Of a DNA stretch of 64,000 bases, positions 12,430 to 26,610 are shown in pieces. The stretch lies in assembly GCF_009914755.1 (NCBI RefSeq), contig NC_060947.1. One strand, 5' to 3'. The notes below the pieces were generated by a model. That model was not told where the DNA came from. It was given only the letters and a program-made list of their open reading frames with translations, and made no database searches. This DNA comes from the human T2T-CHM13v2.0 reference genome, Homo sapiens. Position numbers and translations under genes: made by a program. Numbering within the stretch: position 1 is the first letter of the stretch; each line of letters opens with the position of its first letter.

Positions 12430-15385
12430 GCTCTGGACTTCCAGAAAGGTGGCATAAGCCCCTCTGAAAATCTGTTCCTCAACAAATGCAGTAACACTGG
12501 CAAAACTGTCAAAATTAACTTTTTCAGGACTCTAAAAATCAACCAAAAGCTTGCAACAATCCAAACAGTGTTGAAGAAAAACTGATGAATCTTGTAAAAA
12601 TACTAAGATTTTTGGTGTTTCAACTTGCCTTATTTCCATTTTTCCTCTCCCCAGCTCCATGGTAGCCTTGAAAACCAACAGTCACAACTACTGTACCGGT
12701 GAAAAACAGCAATCTAGTAGTTACTGGAGGACACAATTGGGGGTTTGGAGCTCCCCAAAGAACTCATTCCCAGAGAATTGTCAATCTTTGACCTGTGGGG
12801 TAGCTCCCTGGAAACTCCCATTTGCTAGGTTCTTCTTTTTTTAACCTGACTCAGAGCACACTCGCTGTGAACAGCCTTTTCAGGGGGCATTGATCAGTTG
12901 CAATTGTTTAAAAATCACAGCCGTATGAGGAAGAGGGCAAAAGTTGGAGCAAATCAAGCTGCTGAAAACCTTGAAAGGAAAAAGTCATAGAATTATGTGC
13001 CTATAAGGATCTTTGAAAAGCTCAGACATATTCCTGGGAATCTAGAAGGTCAGGCACAAGTTCAGGACTGGGTATATTCTTAGAAAAGAAGCGAGATGGC
13101 CCTAATCTTTCCCCATTGACTGACCCTGAGGCCCTGTGCAAGCGGCAAGAGAATGCTAAGATGGAGTTGTAAACTGCCTGGCAGAGCATTGAAATCATGT
13201 CCCAACACAGGAACAGAGCCCCTCGGCAAAGGCTGGGAGTCTTACTGGATCAAGGCATTTAAGGTAAGCAAACAAAACTATCCTATTCATTCAAAATTAT
13301 CATCACAAATAAAGGAGAAATTAAAACATTCCCTGATAGAAACACAGAATCCATTGCTAGCAGACCTGTCTTGCAAAAGAATACTAAAGAGAATCATCCA
13401 CAGAGAAATTAAAGGACACTAGAAAGTAATTCAAATCCACATAATTAAAAAAAATAGTAAATGCGTAAGTAAACACAAAAGACTGTACAAATTTATTTTT
13501 GTAACTCTTTTCTTCTTTTTTAAAAATAAATTTTACTGTGTATATTTGAAGTTTGCAACATAATGTTATGGGATACATATAGATAGTAAAATAGTTACTA
13601 TAGTGAAACAAATAATTACTTTTTTGCTGACAAGAGCAGCTAAAATCTACTTACTCCCTAATACAATTTTATTACCTATAGTCCTCATATTTTATATTAG
13701 ATCTCTAGATGTTCATCCTACATATCTGTTATTTTGTATCCTGTAACCTACATCTCCTCATTTCTTCCCTTTCTATCCCCGGCTTCTGGTAACCTCTGTG
13801 TTATTCTCCATCTCTGTATATTTGACCTTTTTTTTTTTTTTTTAGATCCCTCATATATGTGAGATTATACAATATTTTTCTTTCTGTGTCTGGCTTATTT
13901 CAAAAGACAACTACATGAACTAGATGAACTAGTAATTATAAGAATGTGTTGATGGACTTACTATGTATAAAGATGTAATTTGTATGTCAGTAGGAGAAAA
14001 AAGGAGTGGGAAAGAAACAGAGCTATGCTATGGCAAAATTTTTATATATAATTTAAATCAAGTTTGTATTAATCTTAAGTAGAGTGTATTAAAATGTAAA
14101 TTGTAATCCTCAGGGCAACCACTAAAAAAGCTACTCAAAATGAAATTAGTAAAAATACAACAAGTGAATTAAAATAGTGCACTAAGAAATATATTTAACA
14201 CATAAAAGGCAAGCATCAAGTAATGAACGAAAAATGATATAACATATATAGAAAATCGCAAAATGGTAGATGTAATTCTCGCTTTACCAGTAATTACATT
14301 AAACATAAGTAGATAAAGCAATCCAATTAAAGGCAGAGACTGGCAAAATAGATTTTTTAAAAACATGATCCAACTCAATGCTGTCTAAAAGAGAAACAAT
14401 TTAGATTCAAACCCACAAATATGTTGAAAGTAAAATGATGGAAAAAGATTTGCCATGCAATCAGTAACTAAAGAGAGCTAAAATTGCTATACTGATGTCA
14501 GAAAAAAAATAGACTTTAAGACAAAAATTATTACTAGAGACAAAGAACATTTTATAATGATAAAAAGAGTCAATATATCCAGAAAACATAAATACAAATA
14601 TTTATATATCTTAACAGAGTACCAAAATACATGAAGCAAAAACTGATGGAATTGAAAGGAGAAACAAACAATTCAACTATATTAGGTGAAGACTTAAATA
14701 TCCCACTTTCAATAATGGATAGAACAACTAGACAGAAGACCAACAAGTAAATAGAGGACTTGAATAATACTATAAACAAATACACATCTATGGAATATTC
14801 TATCCAACGAGAGCAGAATACATATTCTTTTCAAGCTCCCATGGAACATCCTCCAGGATAGATCATATGCTAGGCCATAAAACAATTCTCAATAAATTTA
14901 GAGGGATTTAAATGATACAAATTATATTATTTGGCCACAGTGGAATTAAATTAGAAACAATAATGGAAAGATATTCAGGAAATTCATATATATGTTGAAA
15001 TTAAACAACGCACAGATGACTAACCAAAAAAGAAATCACAGGAAAAATCACAAAATACCTTGAGATAAAGGAAAATGAAATCACAACACACCAAAACTTA
15101 TAGGATTCAGCTAAAGCAGTTTTCAGAGGGAAATGTATATGAAATGTTTCAAATATGCTATCCCATAGAAACAGAATTGATTAGTGGTTGGTTGCCAGGG
15201 GTTGGATGAAAAGGGAAGGGGCTGCGACTGCTAATGGGTAAGGGGTTTATTTTGAGGGTGATGAATATGTCCTAAAAGTAGATAGTGGTATACTAAATTA
15301 CCTTAAAAACCACCAAACTATACCCTTTAAAAGGAGTGAATTCTATACTATGTGAATTATATCTCAATAAGCTGTTATTTTTTTA
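12430..15385 (+). mobile_element. Fragmented old L1M (5' region, ORF1 end, ORF2 endonuclease region, separate 3' end), interrupted by an antisense L1MA-like 3' fragment at about 13515-13900
   Basis: Degenerate endonuclease-domain DNA at 14260-15140 (agactttaagacaaaa, ccactttcaataatggatagaac, gatcatatgctaggccataaaaca). L1M 3' end motif tgtgaattatatctcaataa at about 15350. Confidence 0.8.
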
Positions 15386-15469
15386 AGTACCTTTGAAAAT
15401 CCTTTATATTGACAATTAAGTACTGTTTATGTGATTTCTGAATATGCAGCCGTACACAGCAATATGCTG

Positions 15470-15560
15470 TACATATATTAATATATATGATATATACATA
15501 TATATATACACGTGTATATATATGATATATACCATATATACACGTGTATATATATGTATG
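15470..15560. repeat. Degenerate (TA)n low-complexity tract
   Basis: TA-rich run containing two copies of tatatacacgtgtatatatatg. Confidence 0.85.
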
Positions 15561-17749
15561 TAGTGATATTCAGGATGTAATGATGTGTACAAATGTAAGA
15601 GAAGGTTTTATAGTTGTTCGCTCTATTACTATGTTATGACTATTGATGAATTCCATTAAGTTAAACTTGCATATGATGAAACAACACTGTAATATAAAAA
15701 GCACAGGACTAAGAGTCTGGAGACTTAGATTCTAGGCCTACATTTTCCATTTAACTTCCCTTTTCAGGGTCCTTGCTTCTAGATCTTAAAATTGAGGAAG
15801 ATCTTTAAGGTTCCTTCTAGTTCCAAAATTCTATAAACTGCAATCATTCTATCTTTTTCTTTAGTTACCCCAAAGCAAGAGAAATGGTACAGACATTGCC
15901 AAGTTAATGAACTCCCTGGGTATTTTTCAGGCCGTACAAAAGGACCTTTTAATAATATGGAGGCCACTTTGAGTCCCAGCACACTGAACCACTGGGCTTT
16001 AGTATTATTCATGTAACAGACCCTTCAGTGGAGTTGCTTGGTTGGTGGAAAAAATTATCTGAGAAGATTGTTCCAGACCTTTATCTCAGAGGAAGCAGGG
16101 ATAAGGCCTGAGGGTAGAATCCTGAAGAGATTTCACTTGTAGCTGCTGTGAGACTCTGAATTAATGGCGTGAGATGCAGAAGATGGAGAGAATTCATAGA
16201 ACTAGGCCTAATTATGAACTTCTGAACACTGTATCTCCATCAATTTATTTCGTATTCAGAATGTATTTTCCTGTATGGGTAGAACAATGTTCAGGAAAAG
16301 GAATTATCTCAACATTCTGTTTTTGTTGATTGATATGTAGAAATACAGAAACACACATATTGCTTAGCAATACAAATAATTTGCACCTGAAATTCATTTG
16401 CTTATTCCCTTGGAGCCCTACAGAACAAAATGTTTGTAACAAATACAGCTGTGCTGGCGATACTATTGTATTAGAGAAAACAAAAAGTTGGTCTCTGGTC
16501 CAAGGAGCTTATAGTCCAAAGGAAGTCAGGGAGGAGTTTTGAGAAACCTGGCTTCTAGTTTGGGTTTTCTATTTCCCAAACGTGCCCTGTGCTTTTATGA
16601 TGGTGTGGTTTTGTTTCTTGCTAATTTTTTTTTAAAGCTGGCATGCCTGTTCTCTTCACCAGCCACTTAAATGTCACCTCTGTGAAAAGCTTTCCCCATC
16701 TCCCACTCTCTCCCGTCTTTCCCACCCTCCTTTGTGCTCATGCAGTCCTTTCGTTAGCTCTTGATCACACTACCCAAAGCCACTTATATTAGAGTTAGTT
16801 GCCTTCTGTGATTTAAGGGTCAGGACCCTACTTTACTCATCAAAGGGCCTCTCCAAGCACGTATAAGAGGACAAAAGAAGTCTGGAAACAGAGGAAAGTG
16901 CATATTTAAATAATGTTATTTATATTTTCAAATAATATGTTGAATATACTTTCCTCTAGTCTCTAGACAACTTTGCATACAAAATGCCTCTAAATTTCAA
17001 GCCATTGGTGCAATCACTGATCTGAAAATTTAAAAATTAAATAAATGAAAGAGTTTCCTTACGTTTCTAGATTTTTTTTTTTTTTGAAAATCTTTACTAT
17101 GTACTTTCTTCAAAGGGGATCCTTAATAAATTTTTGTTGAATCACACTGGGACTGTCTTTCCTCTGTACCTCTTTTTTTCTCATCTGTAAAAGGGAAATG
17201 CTATCTGCCCTGTCTCTTTCACGGGGATATCACAAGGGTAAATGATAAAATGGCTGTGCGATAGAAAAAAGCAGTATGAAAATGCAAAATGTTGTTCTCA
17301 TTAACTATCCAAGGATTTACTTCGTGTCCATATTGTAACACTTAAGTATGCGGACTTTGGCTAACCCCATTGCAGCTGCATTAAAGAAGATTCTCCATGA
17401 ACTGCTTAAAAGAAGAAGCCAAGAAGCTGATTACAGCTTAGGGCCCCACCACAGCCATCAAAAATTACCAAAGGGATGCTGGGACTTCAAGTTTTTTCCA
17501 GTTGTGCAGGAGGAAAGTCATGGCCTCAGCCATCTGCTTCCTGTCTGCATCATGACTCACATCTTTCAGGTCCACTTGGACAGAAGTTCAGATGAGATCT
17601 GCTCAGGCCTGCTGCCCAGAGACTTGATGGTGCTAAGGTTCAGGTAGCTGTGTGAAAGGAGGAGCATGAATCTAGGACCTGAGACCTAGGGGGACTGAGA
17701 CAGGGTCACAAGCTTTTTATCTTATTCAGAAAAACCAGTTCAATCTTCA

Positions 17750-18790
17750 TTACTGGTGGTGTAAGCATGACACTATTGCTTCTTGATAGGATGCACTGAA
17801 AGGATACAACATCACTCCTATGATATTCCTGCCCCAAATTCAGAATCTGAATCTAATCACAGAGAAACATCAGACAAGCCCAAATTGAAAGGCGTTCTAC
17901 CAAATAACTGGCCTGGACCTTTTATTTCTATAATATACTGTACTGAGAGATAGAGAGTCTCAGGAACTTTTCCAGATTAAAGAAGACTAAAGAGACATGA
18001 GAACTTGCAACATGTGATTCTAGACTGGATTTTGGACCAGAAAAAGAACATTATTAAAGCAATTGATAAAGTTTGAATATGGACTGCAGAGTATATAATA
18101 GTATTGTGCCAGTGTTAAATTTCCTAATTTTGATGATCATGCTATGGTTATGGAAGAAAAAATCCTTGTTCTTAGGAACTACATACTGACATATTGAGGG
18201 ATAAAGGGGCATAATGTTTGCCTGTGATATTAATCTCAAATTGTTCAGAAAAAATAGGCCCAGTGCGGTGGCTCATGCCTGTAATCCCAGCACTTCGGAA
18301 GGCCGAGGCAGGCGGATCACGAGGTCAGGAAATCGAGACCATCCTGGCTAACACGGTGAAACCTCGTCTCTACTAAAAATACAAAAAATTAGCCAGGCGT
18401 GGTGGCTGGTGCCTGTAGTCCCAGCTGCTCGGGAGGCTGAGGCAGGAGAATGGCTTGAACCCGGGAGTGCGGAGCTTGCAGTGAGCCGAGATCGTGCCAC
18501 TGCACTCCAGCCTGGGAGACAGAGCGAGACTCCATCTCAAAAAATAAATAAATAAATAAATAAAATAAATAAAAGAAAAAATAATAACATGTACTATATG
18601 TATTTATTTGTGTATTATTATGTCTACATATATTATACATAGAGAGAGAGAACATAAAAAATAAGTAAATGAGGCAAAATATAAACAACTAGTGAATCCC
18701 TGTAAAGAGATACATAAGTTGTTTATTATTTTTGCAACTCTTCTGTAAGTTTGAAGTGATATAAAAATAAAGAGCTTTAAAAATAGTGAG
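17750..18790 (+). mobile_element. Old L1MC/ME-like 3' fragment hosting an AluY
   Basis: gaaacatcagacaagcccaaattga...ggattttggaccagaaaaag...tttgcaactcttctgtaagtttgaa are typical of ancient L1M 3' ends. Confidence 0.7.
18257..18573 (+). mobile_element. AluY with (TAAA)n tail
   Basis: AluY diagnostic segments ggatcacgaggtcagga..tcgagaccatcctggctaacacggtg and gcggagcttgcagtgagccgagatc. TSD agaaaaaata at 18247-18256 and 18574-18583. Confidence 0.95.
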
Positions 18791-20847
18791 AATTATACCA
18801 AATTTAAATGTTTACTTTATTTAAAAGCTTGCTCTAGAAAATGATATAATGTATTACTTAACATTTGCTTGCTTAACTGTCTTTAAAAAGAGTAATTTTA
18901 AAAATAAAATGAAACACTGAAAATTCCACAGTTAAGAAAACAGTGAAGCTCTGACAATGCTGCCACCTGTGAGCTTGTTCTAGTCCTTCAATGGTTAGAA
19001 TTGAGTCAATAAACAAACAAGCTATAAGTGTCTGCAAGCCCAACCAGGAAAAATAGTTTAACAATGCAAACAACTCACCTTGGTGGGCTTGTGGATGATG
19101 GGTCCTCAGCATAAATGACCTGAACATGTCAGTTGAAAAACTGAATAACTTGAGTGTGCAGAACAAATGTCCAAGCTGCCTTCACACTTTAGGGAAGGTA
19201 CCAATGGAAGGTGCTAGGGTAAATCATGCTTACCAAAAGGAAGGTAAGGGCAGAAAGGCATATAGGAGGTGCTGTGTGGACAGTGGAACAACAGAGGTAG
19301 ACTTCCTATCTTGGCATGTCCATATTTACAAGCTTTACTGCTCAGCAAAGAATAACTAAAAGCCAACTGTAAAAATAATTTTCATCCATCTCATAATCTC
19401 TAGGTAACACTGGTTACACAGAGTTCAGCAAATACTTCTTTGGTAAAATGAAATAGCTCAACAGGACAATCAGAAAGTTCTGGAAGGTTCAATAGCAGAA
19501 GTTAAAGGGGCCATTAAAGCAATGGAACAGACATTAGAAATTATGGGGCAGGCAGTAGCCAGATTAGCCAGGAAATTAAAAGACTGATATAGAAAAAATA
19601 AAATGAAAATGGATGTCGGGCAGTGGTATGCTATTAAATGTTTAGCAACTGGCTGTGAGAAAAAAACAACCTTGACTTATAGTATTTGTTAATGTCCATG
19701 GTGTAAATATTCCCACCATGGCCAAATTCAAGTTAAAAACGTGATGTCACTCAATACAGAGTTGAGAAGCAATGTACACAATCAGCTCTCACCACCTACT
19801 GTGAGCTGGCTCCGGCACACCACTGGTGGTGACTTGGGTACCACTCTTATAGCTAGATATGTTACCCTAGTAAGTAACTTAACCTTTTGGCTCTCAATTT
19901 CCTCATCTGTAAAATGTCAAACCTCATAAGATTATTTAGAGAATCAAATAAAACTAATTTATCTCCATCTAAGGTGTCTTCCAGCTCTGACCATCTCTGA
20001 TTCTGTGATGCAGTTAGTCATATTGGTGGCTTTTTGCCTTTTACCATCTCACACCAAGTCTTATGAGCAGGAGAAAGATTAGAGAAGGCTAGAGGAAGTT
20101 GCTCCACAGTATGGTAATCAGAGAAGAAGCCACATCAACACTGCCTTAGGTATAAGAGATTCAAGGCAGTAACCACTCCACATTTTCTACACAGAGATTT
20201 CTGGGTGAGAATCTGTTTGGATAGCGGGGCTAGGGAATTTATGTGCTTTTGTTATTTAATGATATACTTATTTGGAATAGTTTAAGGGGTATACATGGTG
20301 GCCAAGGCCAATGCAATGTGTATATGTGCTCTCTTCCTATTCAGCATCAGAATCTGCCTGGTAATGAAAAGTGCACAGCAAAAGTAGGAGCTATTCATTT
20401 GTTGATGTCCAGTAAATCTAAATGGAGTAAGTAACTCAGTGCAACTTTTTGGGACTGCTATCTTTGTTATTTCCACTGACTGGTGCCTGGTGACATAAAG
20501 TGCCCTGAACACCCCCTTTGCTATGTCTCTGAACTGGGGAGACAAGTGTTCAACCCATGTCCCAAAGCATGGTTTGGTTACCTCATTAGCTTTGGAGACC
20601 TTTTGGAAACCCTTTGGAAGAAGTGCTAGAATGTAGCAGGAAATAAGTCAGGAATTGGAGGAATAAATAAAAGTGACTAGAAGCTTGCTCCCTGCTTGGA
20701 TTCGCAGAACTTCAAGCTAATGAAGCCAGATGAAGAAAATTTCTGGCCTTAATGTGCTGTTGAGTTAGAATGGAAGAGAAAACCTTCACCAAGCCATTCA
20801 GGAAACTGAGTGCAAAGAGGTTTAGTAAGGTATAAGAGACATAATAC

Positions 20848-20942
20848 CTTGTGCTTCCGGAGGCTGCCAGGACTGGTGGGCGTAGAGATGGGAGACTGCT
20901 TAGACTTGGGGGTAGAGAGCTGGCTGCTGGAGGTTCCGTTTG
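20848..20942 (-). CDS. DCX: DCX penultimate exon (95 nt): (A)[31 protein letters not shown]
   Basis: Acceptor ctttgggctag|CAAACGGA, donor CACAAG|gtatta. Peptide is visible in ORF 20749..20991. Phase 1 to phase 0. Confidence 0.98.
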
Positions 20943-22076
20943 CTAGCCCAAAGCAAGAGAAAAGGAAGGGATAAAAATCAACAGCATACAAAGGAGCAAG
21001 TTATCCTTCCCCTCAGAAGACACTAAGAACATTCAAACAAGGTACACAGACAACCAAGTGATTTGGTGAGTAGAACAAAGGTGAAAAGAAACACATTCCT
21101 CAAAAGGGCAAGAACTGCAATCCTCAGTTAATTGGATCCCTATGCAGTGCAAGGCCGTCATCCTCCCACCCTTTCCTCCTCAGTGCTTCCCAATCACAGG
21201 GGTCTGTTTCTTTTCAAACATTTTTCATATTCATTCCCAGGTTTGCCCCTAACATCTCTGGGAGGTAGTCTGGGAAGGTATTATTTTGCTTTAATTTTAT
21301 AGAGGACAAAAGTGAGGCACAGAGAGGTTATGTGCCTTACCTTAAAGGGGAAGAAATATGGGCAATTTGGACCAGTGCACATTTCCTTTGGTGCCAGATG
21401 ATGGGGTAGGTGAAAGACAGCCCCATTGTTAGTCTCTCCCCCTCTCTTTTCCTGCTCATGCCACACCATTGTGCCTTTCCTACCTCATTCTGCATGTGTG
21501 AAAAGAACAGGAGGAAAGAAAGAGAAAATAGGCTAGTCAGGAAGAATGAAAGAGACAGTGGAGGAGAAACAGAAGGTGAAACATTAAAAGAAGGCTCAAG
21601 CAGCAGAATGGGCAGAGGAGAAAATCAAAAAAGAGAGAATGACAAAGAGATTGGGAATGGAGGAGAAAAGAGACAAGGAAGATGATAAGATATTAAAAGA
21701 GAAGGAGGAAGTTGAAACAGGAAGAAAGGCATAGAGACACATAAAGATCCAAAATGGTAGCCAGAGTCAGGGTTCACCCACATTTGGCTCTAGCCAAGAA
21801 AATGCTGAAAATCAGAGTTTCTTTTTAAACATCTTTATATTCTATTGTGTTGCTAAATTGTTTTATATTCCCTTGCTAATGAGCTTTTTAATATCCAATC
21901 ATGAAGAAAGAAAAGTGGAATATTAAAATGGAACAATTAAACAGCTTTCAAAGTGGATTCTTGTTCAGACACTTCATACTAAAGTATTTTTTTTTTAATC
22001 TTAAGACCTAAATTGTTAAACAGAGATATTCTAAAATGTGCTTTAAAAACAAAGGCAAATATCCTGAGGGTGTGTG

Positions 22077-22140
22077 GAGAGTGGGGGAGAGGAAGAGAGA
22101 GGGGGAGGGAGAAAGAGTGGGGGGGAGGGAGACAGAGAGA
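22077..22140. repeat. G/A-rich polypurine tract
   Basis: gagagtgggggagaggaagagagagggggagggagaaagagtggggggggagggagacagagaga. Confidence 0.85.
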
Positions 22141-22699
22141 ATAAATAGAAAATTGAAAACATTAAGCAGAAAGATGGCCTGATAGTGTTCCTGTCAGTCC
22201 CATAGGTAAAGCTTAAACTGCTGTATCATGAATATTTCCTGAGGATACATTCCTTCTGCACCACTTATGGAAATATTTCCCTAGGTTCTGGAACATGCAC
22301 ATCAACTGTAGAGATGGAAGAGACATCAGTGTAGTGGTTGGTAAGTTTATTTAAGCGCAAGTGAGCTGAAAAATGGACACTTAAGCATTCACTGTCTGGC
22401 TTATATCCTCACTCATCTCTCACCCACTCGTTGAGAAGCCCTCCTCCCTGTCATTCTTTCATTTAGCCAGTAGCTATGGAGCTCTACCTATGAGCCAAAC
22501 AAAGTGTTAGACATCAAGGTTTCAGAGAGGAGTAAGCTACTTCCTGGGGGAGGCAGGCAAGAATTCAGTGAAATAAACGCTAAGACATAGCCTTGCATAG
22601 GGTATTATTGGAATTCAGAGAACAGACTTTGAAATCTGGGGCCTGGAAGACAAACAAGAGGAGGCAACACCTGAGAAATCTTGAAAGATGAATCTGAAA

Positions 22700-22937
22700 T
22701 AGGCAAATCAATAGAGACAGAAAGTAGATTAATGGTTTCCAAGGGTTGGAGGAAGGGCAGGAGTTTGAAAGTCTGCTAATGGGTACAAGTTTTCTTTGGG
22801 GAAGGCAAAGATTCTGACATTAAATAGTGATGATGGTTGTACAACTCTGTGGTCAAACTAAAACCCACTGAGTTGCATATGTTAAATTAGTAAATTATAT
22901 GTTATGTAAATTGTATCTCAATAAGCCCTTAAAAAAA
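22700..22937 (+). mobile_element. L1MB-like 3' end fragment within an L2 remnant
   Basis: aggcaaatcaatagagacagaaagtagattaatggtt...tgtaaattgtatctcaataa followed by an A tail. Confidence 0.75.
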
Positions 22938-23010
22938 GAAGAATCAGAGATAGAATCATTCCCATAACAACACATAGGCAGAGAGGATAGGAAGGGTATT
23001 CTAGGCATTA

Positions 23011-24735
<1,725 letters not shown>

Positions 24736-25993
24736 CCTCTCTCACCACTCTTATTCAACATAGTATTGGAAATTCTGGCCAGAGCAATCAGTCAAGACAA
24801 GTAAATAAAAGGCATCCAAATAGGAAGAGAGGAAGTCAAACTATCTCTGTAGGTGATATGATTCTATATCTAGAAAACCCCATAGTTATCTGCCCAAAAA
24901 CTCCTTGATCTCATAAACAATGTCAGCAAAGTCTCAGGATACAAAATCAATGCACAAACATCACTAGCCTTCCGAGACACCAACAACAGCCAAGCTGAGA
25001 GCCAAATCAGGAATGCAATTCCATTCATACTTGTTAGAGAAAGAATAAAATACCTAGCAATACAGCTAACCAGGGAGGTGAGAGATCTCCACAATGAGAA
25101 TTACAAAACACTTCTCAAAGAAATCAGAGAAGACATAAACAAATGGAAAAACATTCTATGCTCATGGATAGTAAGAATCAATATCATTAAAATGGCCATA
25201 CTGCCCAAAACAATGTACAGATTAAATGTTATTCCTATCAAACTACCAATGACATTCTTCACAGAACTAGGGAAAACTATTTTAAAATTCATATGGAACC
25301 AAAAAAATAGCCCAAATAGCCAAAGCAAGGATAAGCAAAAAGAACAAAGCTGGAGGCATCACATTACCTGACTTTAAACTATACCATAGGGCTACAGTAA
25401 CCAAAACAGCATAGTACTGGTACAAAAACAGACACATAGACCAATGCAACATAACAGAGAGCCCAGAAATAAGGCCACAAACCTACAACCATCTGATCTT
25501 TGACAAAGTTGACAAAACTAAGCAATAGGGAAAGGACTCCCTATTTAATAAATGGTGCTAGGATAACTGGCTAGCAATATGCAGAAGGTTGGATCTCGGC
25601 CCTTTCCTTACACCATATACAAAAATTAACTCAAGGCGGATCAAAGACTTAAATGAAAAACCCTGGAAGATAACCTAGGCAATACCATTCAGCACATAGG
25701 ACTTGGCAAGGATTTAATAATGAAGACATCAAAAGCAATTGAAAAAAAAAAGCAAAAATTGACAAATAGGATCTAATTAAACTAAAGAGCTTCTGCACAG
25801 TGAAAGAAACTATCAACAGAGTGAGCAGACAACCTACAGAATGGTAGAAAATACTTGCAAATTATGCATCTGACAAAGGTCTAATATCCATCATCTATAA
25901 GGAACTTAAGCAAATTTACAAGAAATAAACAACCCCATTAAAAAGTGGGCAAAGGGCATGAACAGGCAGACACTTTTCAAAAGAAGACATTCA

Positions 25994-26455
<462 letters not shown>

Positions 26456-26543
26456 TTATGCACTGCTAGTGGGAGTGTAAATTACTTCAACCATTGTGAA
26501 AAGCAGTGTGGTGGTTCCTCAAAGAACCTAAAACTGAATTACC

Positions 26544-26567
26544 TCAGTGTACCCTAAAACTTAAAGT

Positions 26568-26598
<31 letters not shown>

Positions 26599-26610
26599 TA
26601 ATAATAATAA
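26544..26610 (+). mobile_element. Ultra-short L1PA 3' terminus with (TAA)n tail
   Basis: tgtaccctaaaacttaaagtataa plus (taa)n, flanked by TSD taaaactgaattacc at 26529-26543 and 26611-26625. Confidence 0.88.

Noticed and set aside
19785-19800. tag|GTG|gtgaga as the 3-nt Val microexon
   Set aside because: There is no upstream polypyrimidine tract, and it appears to lie within a DNA-transposon-like remnant.
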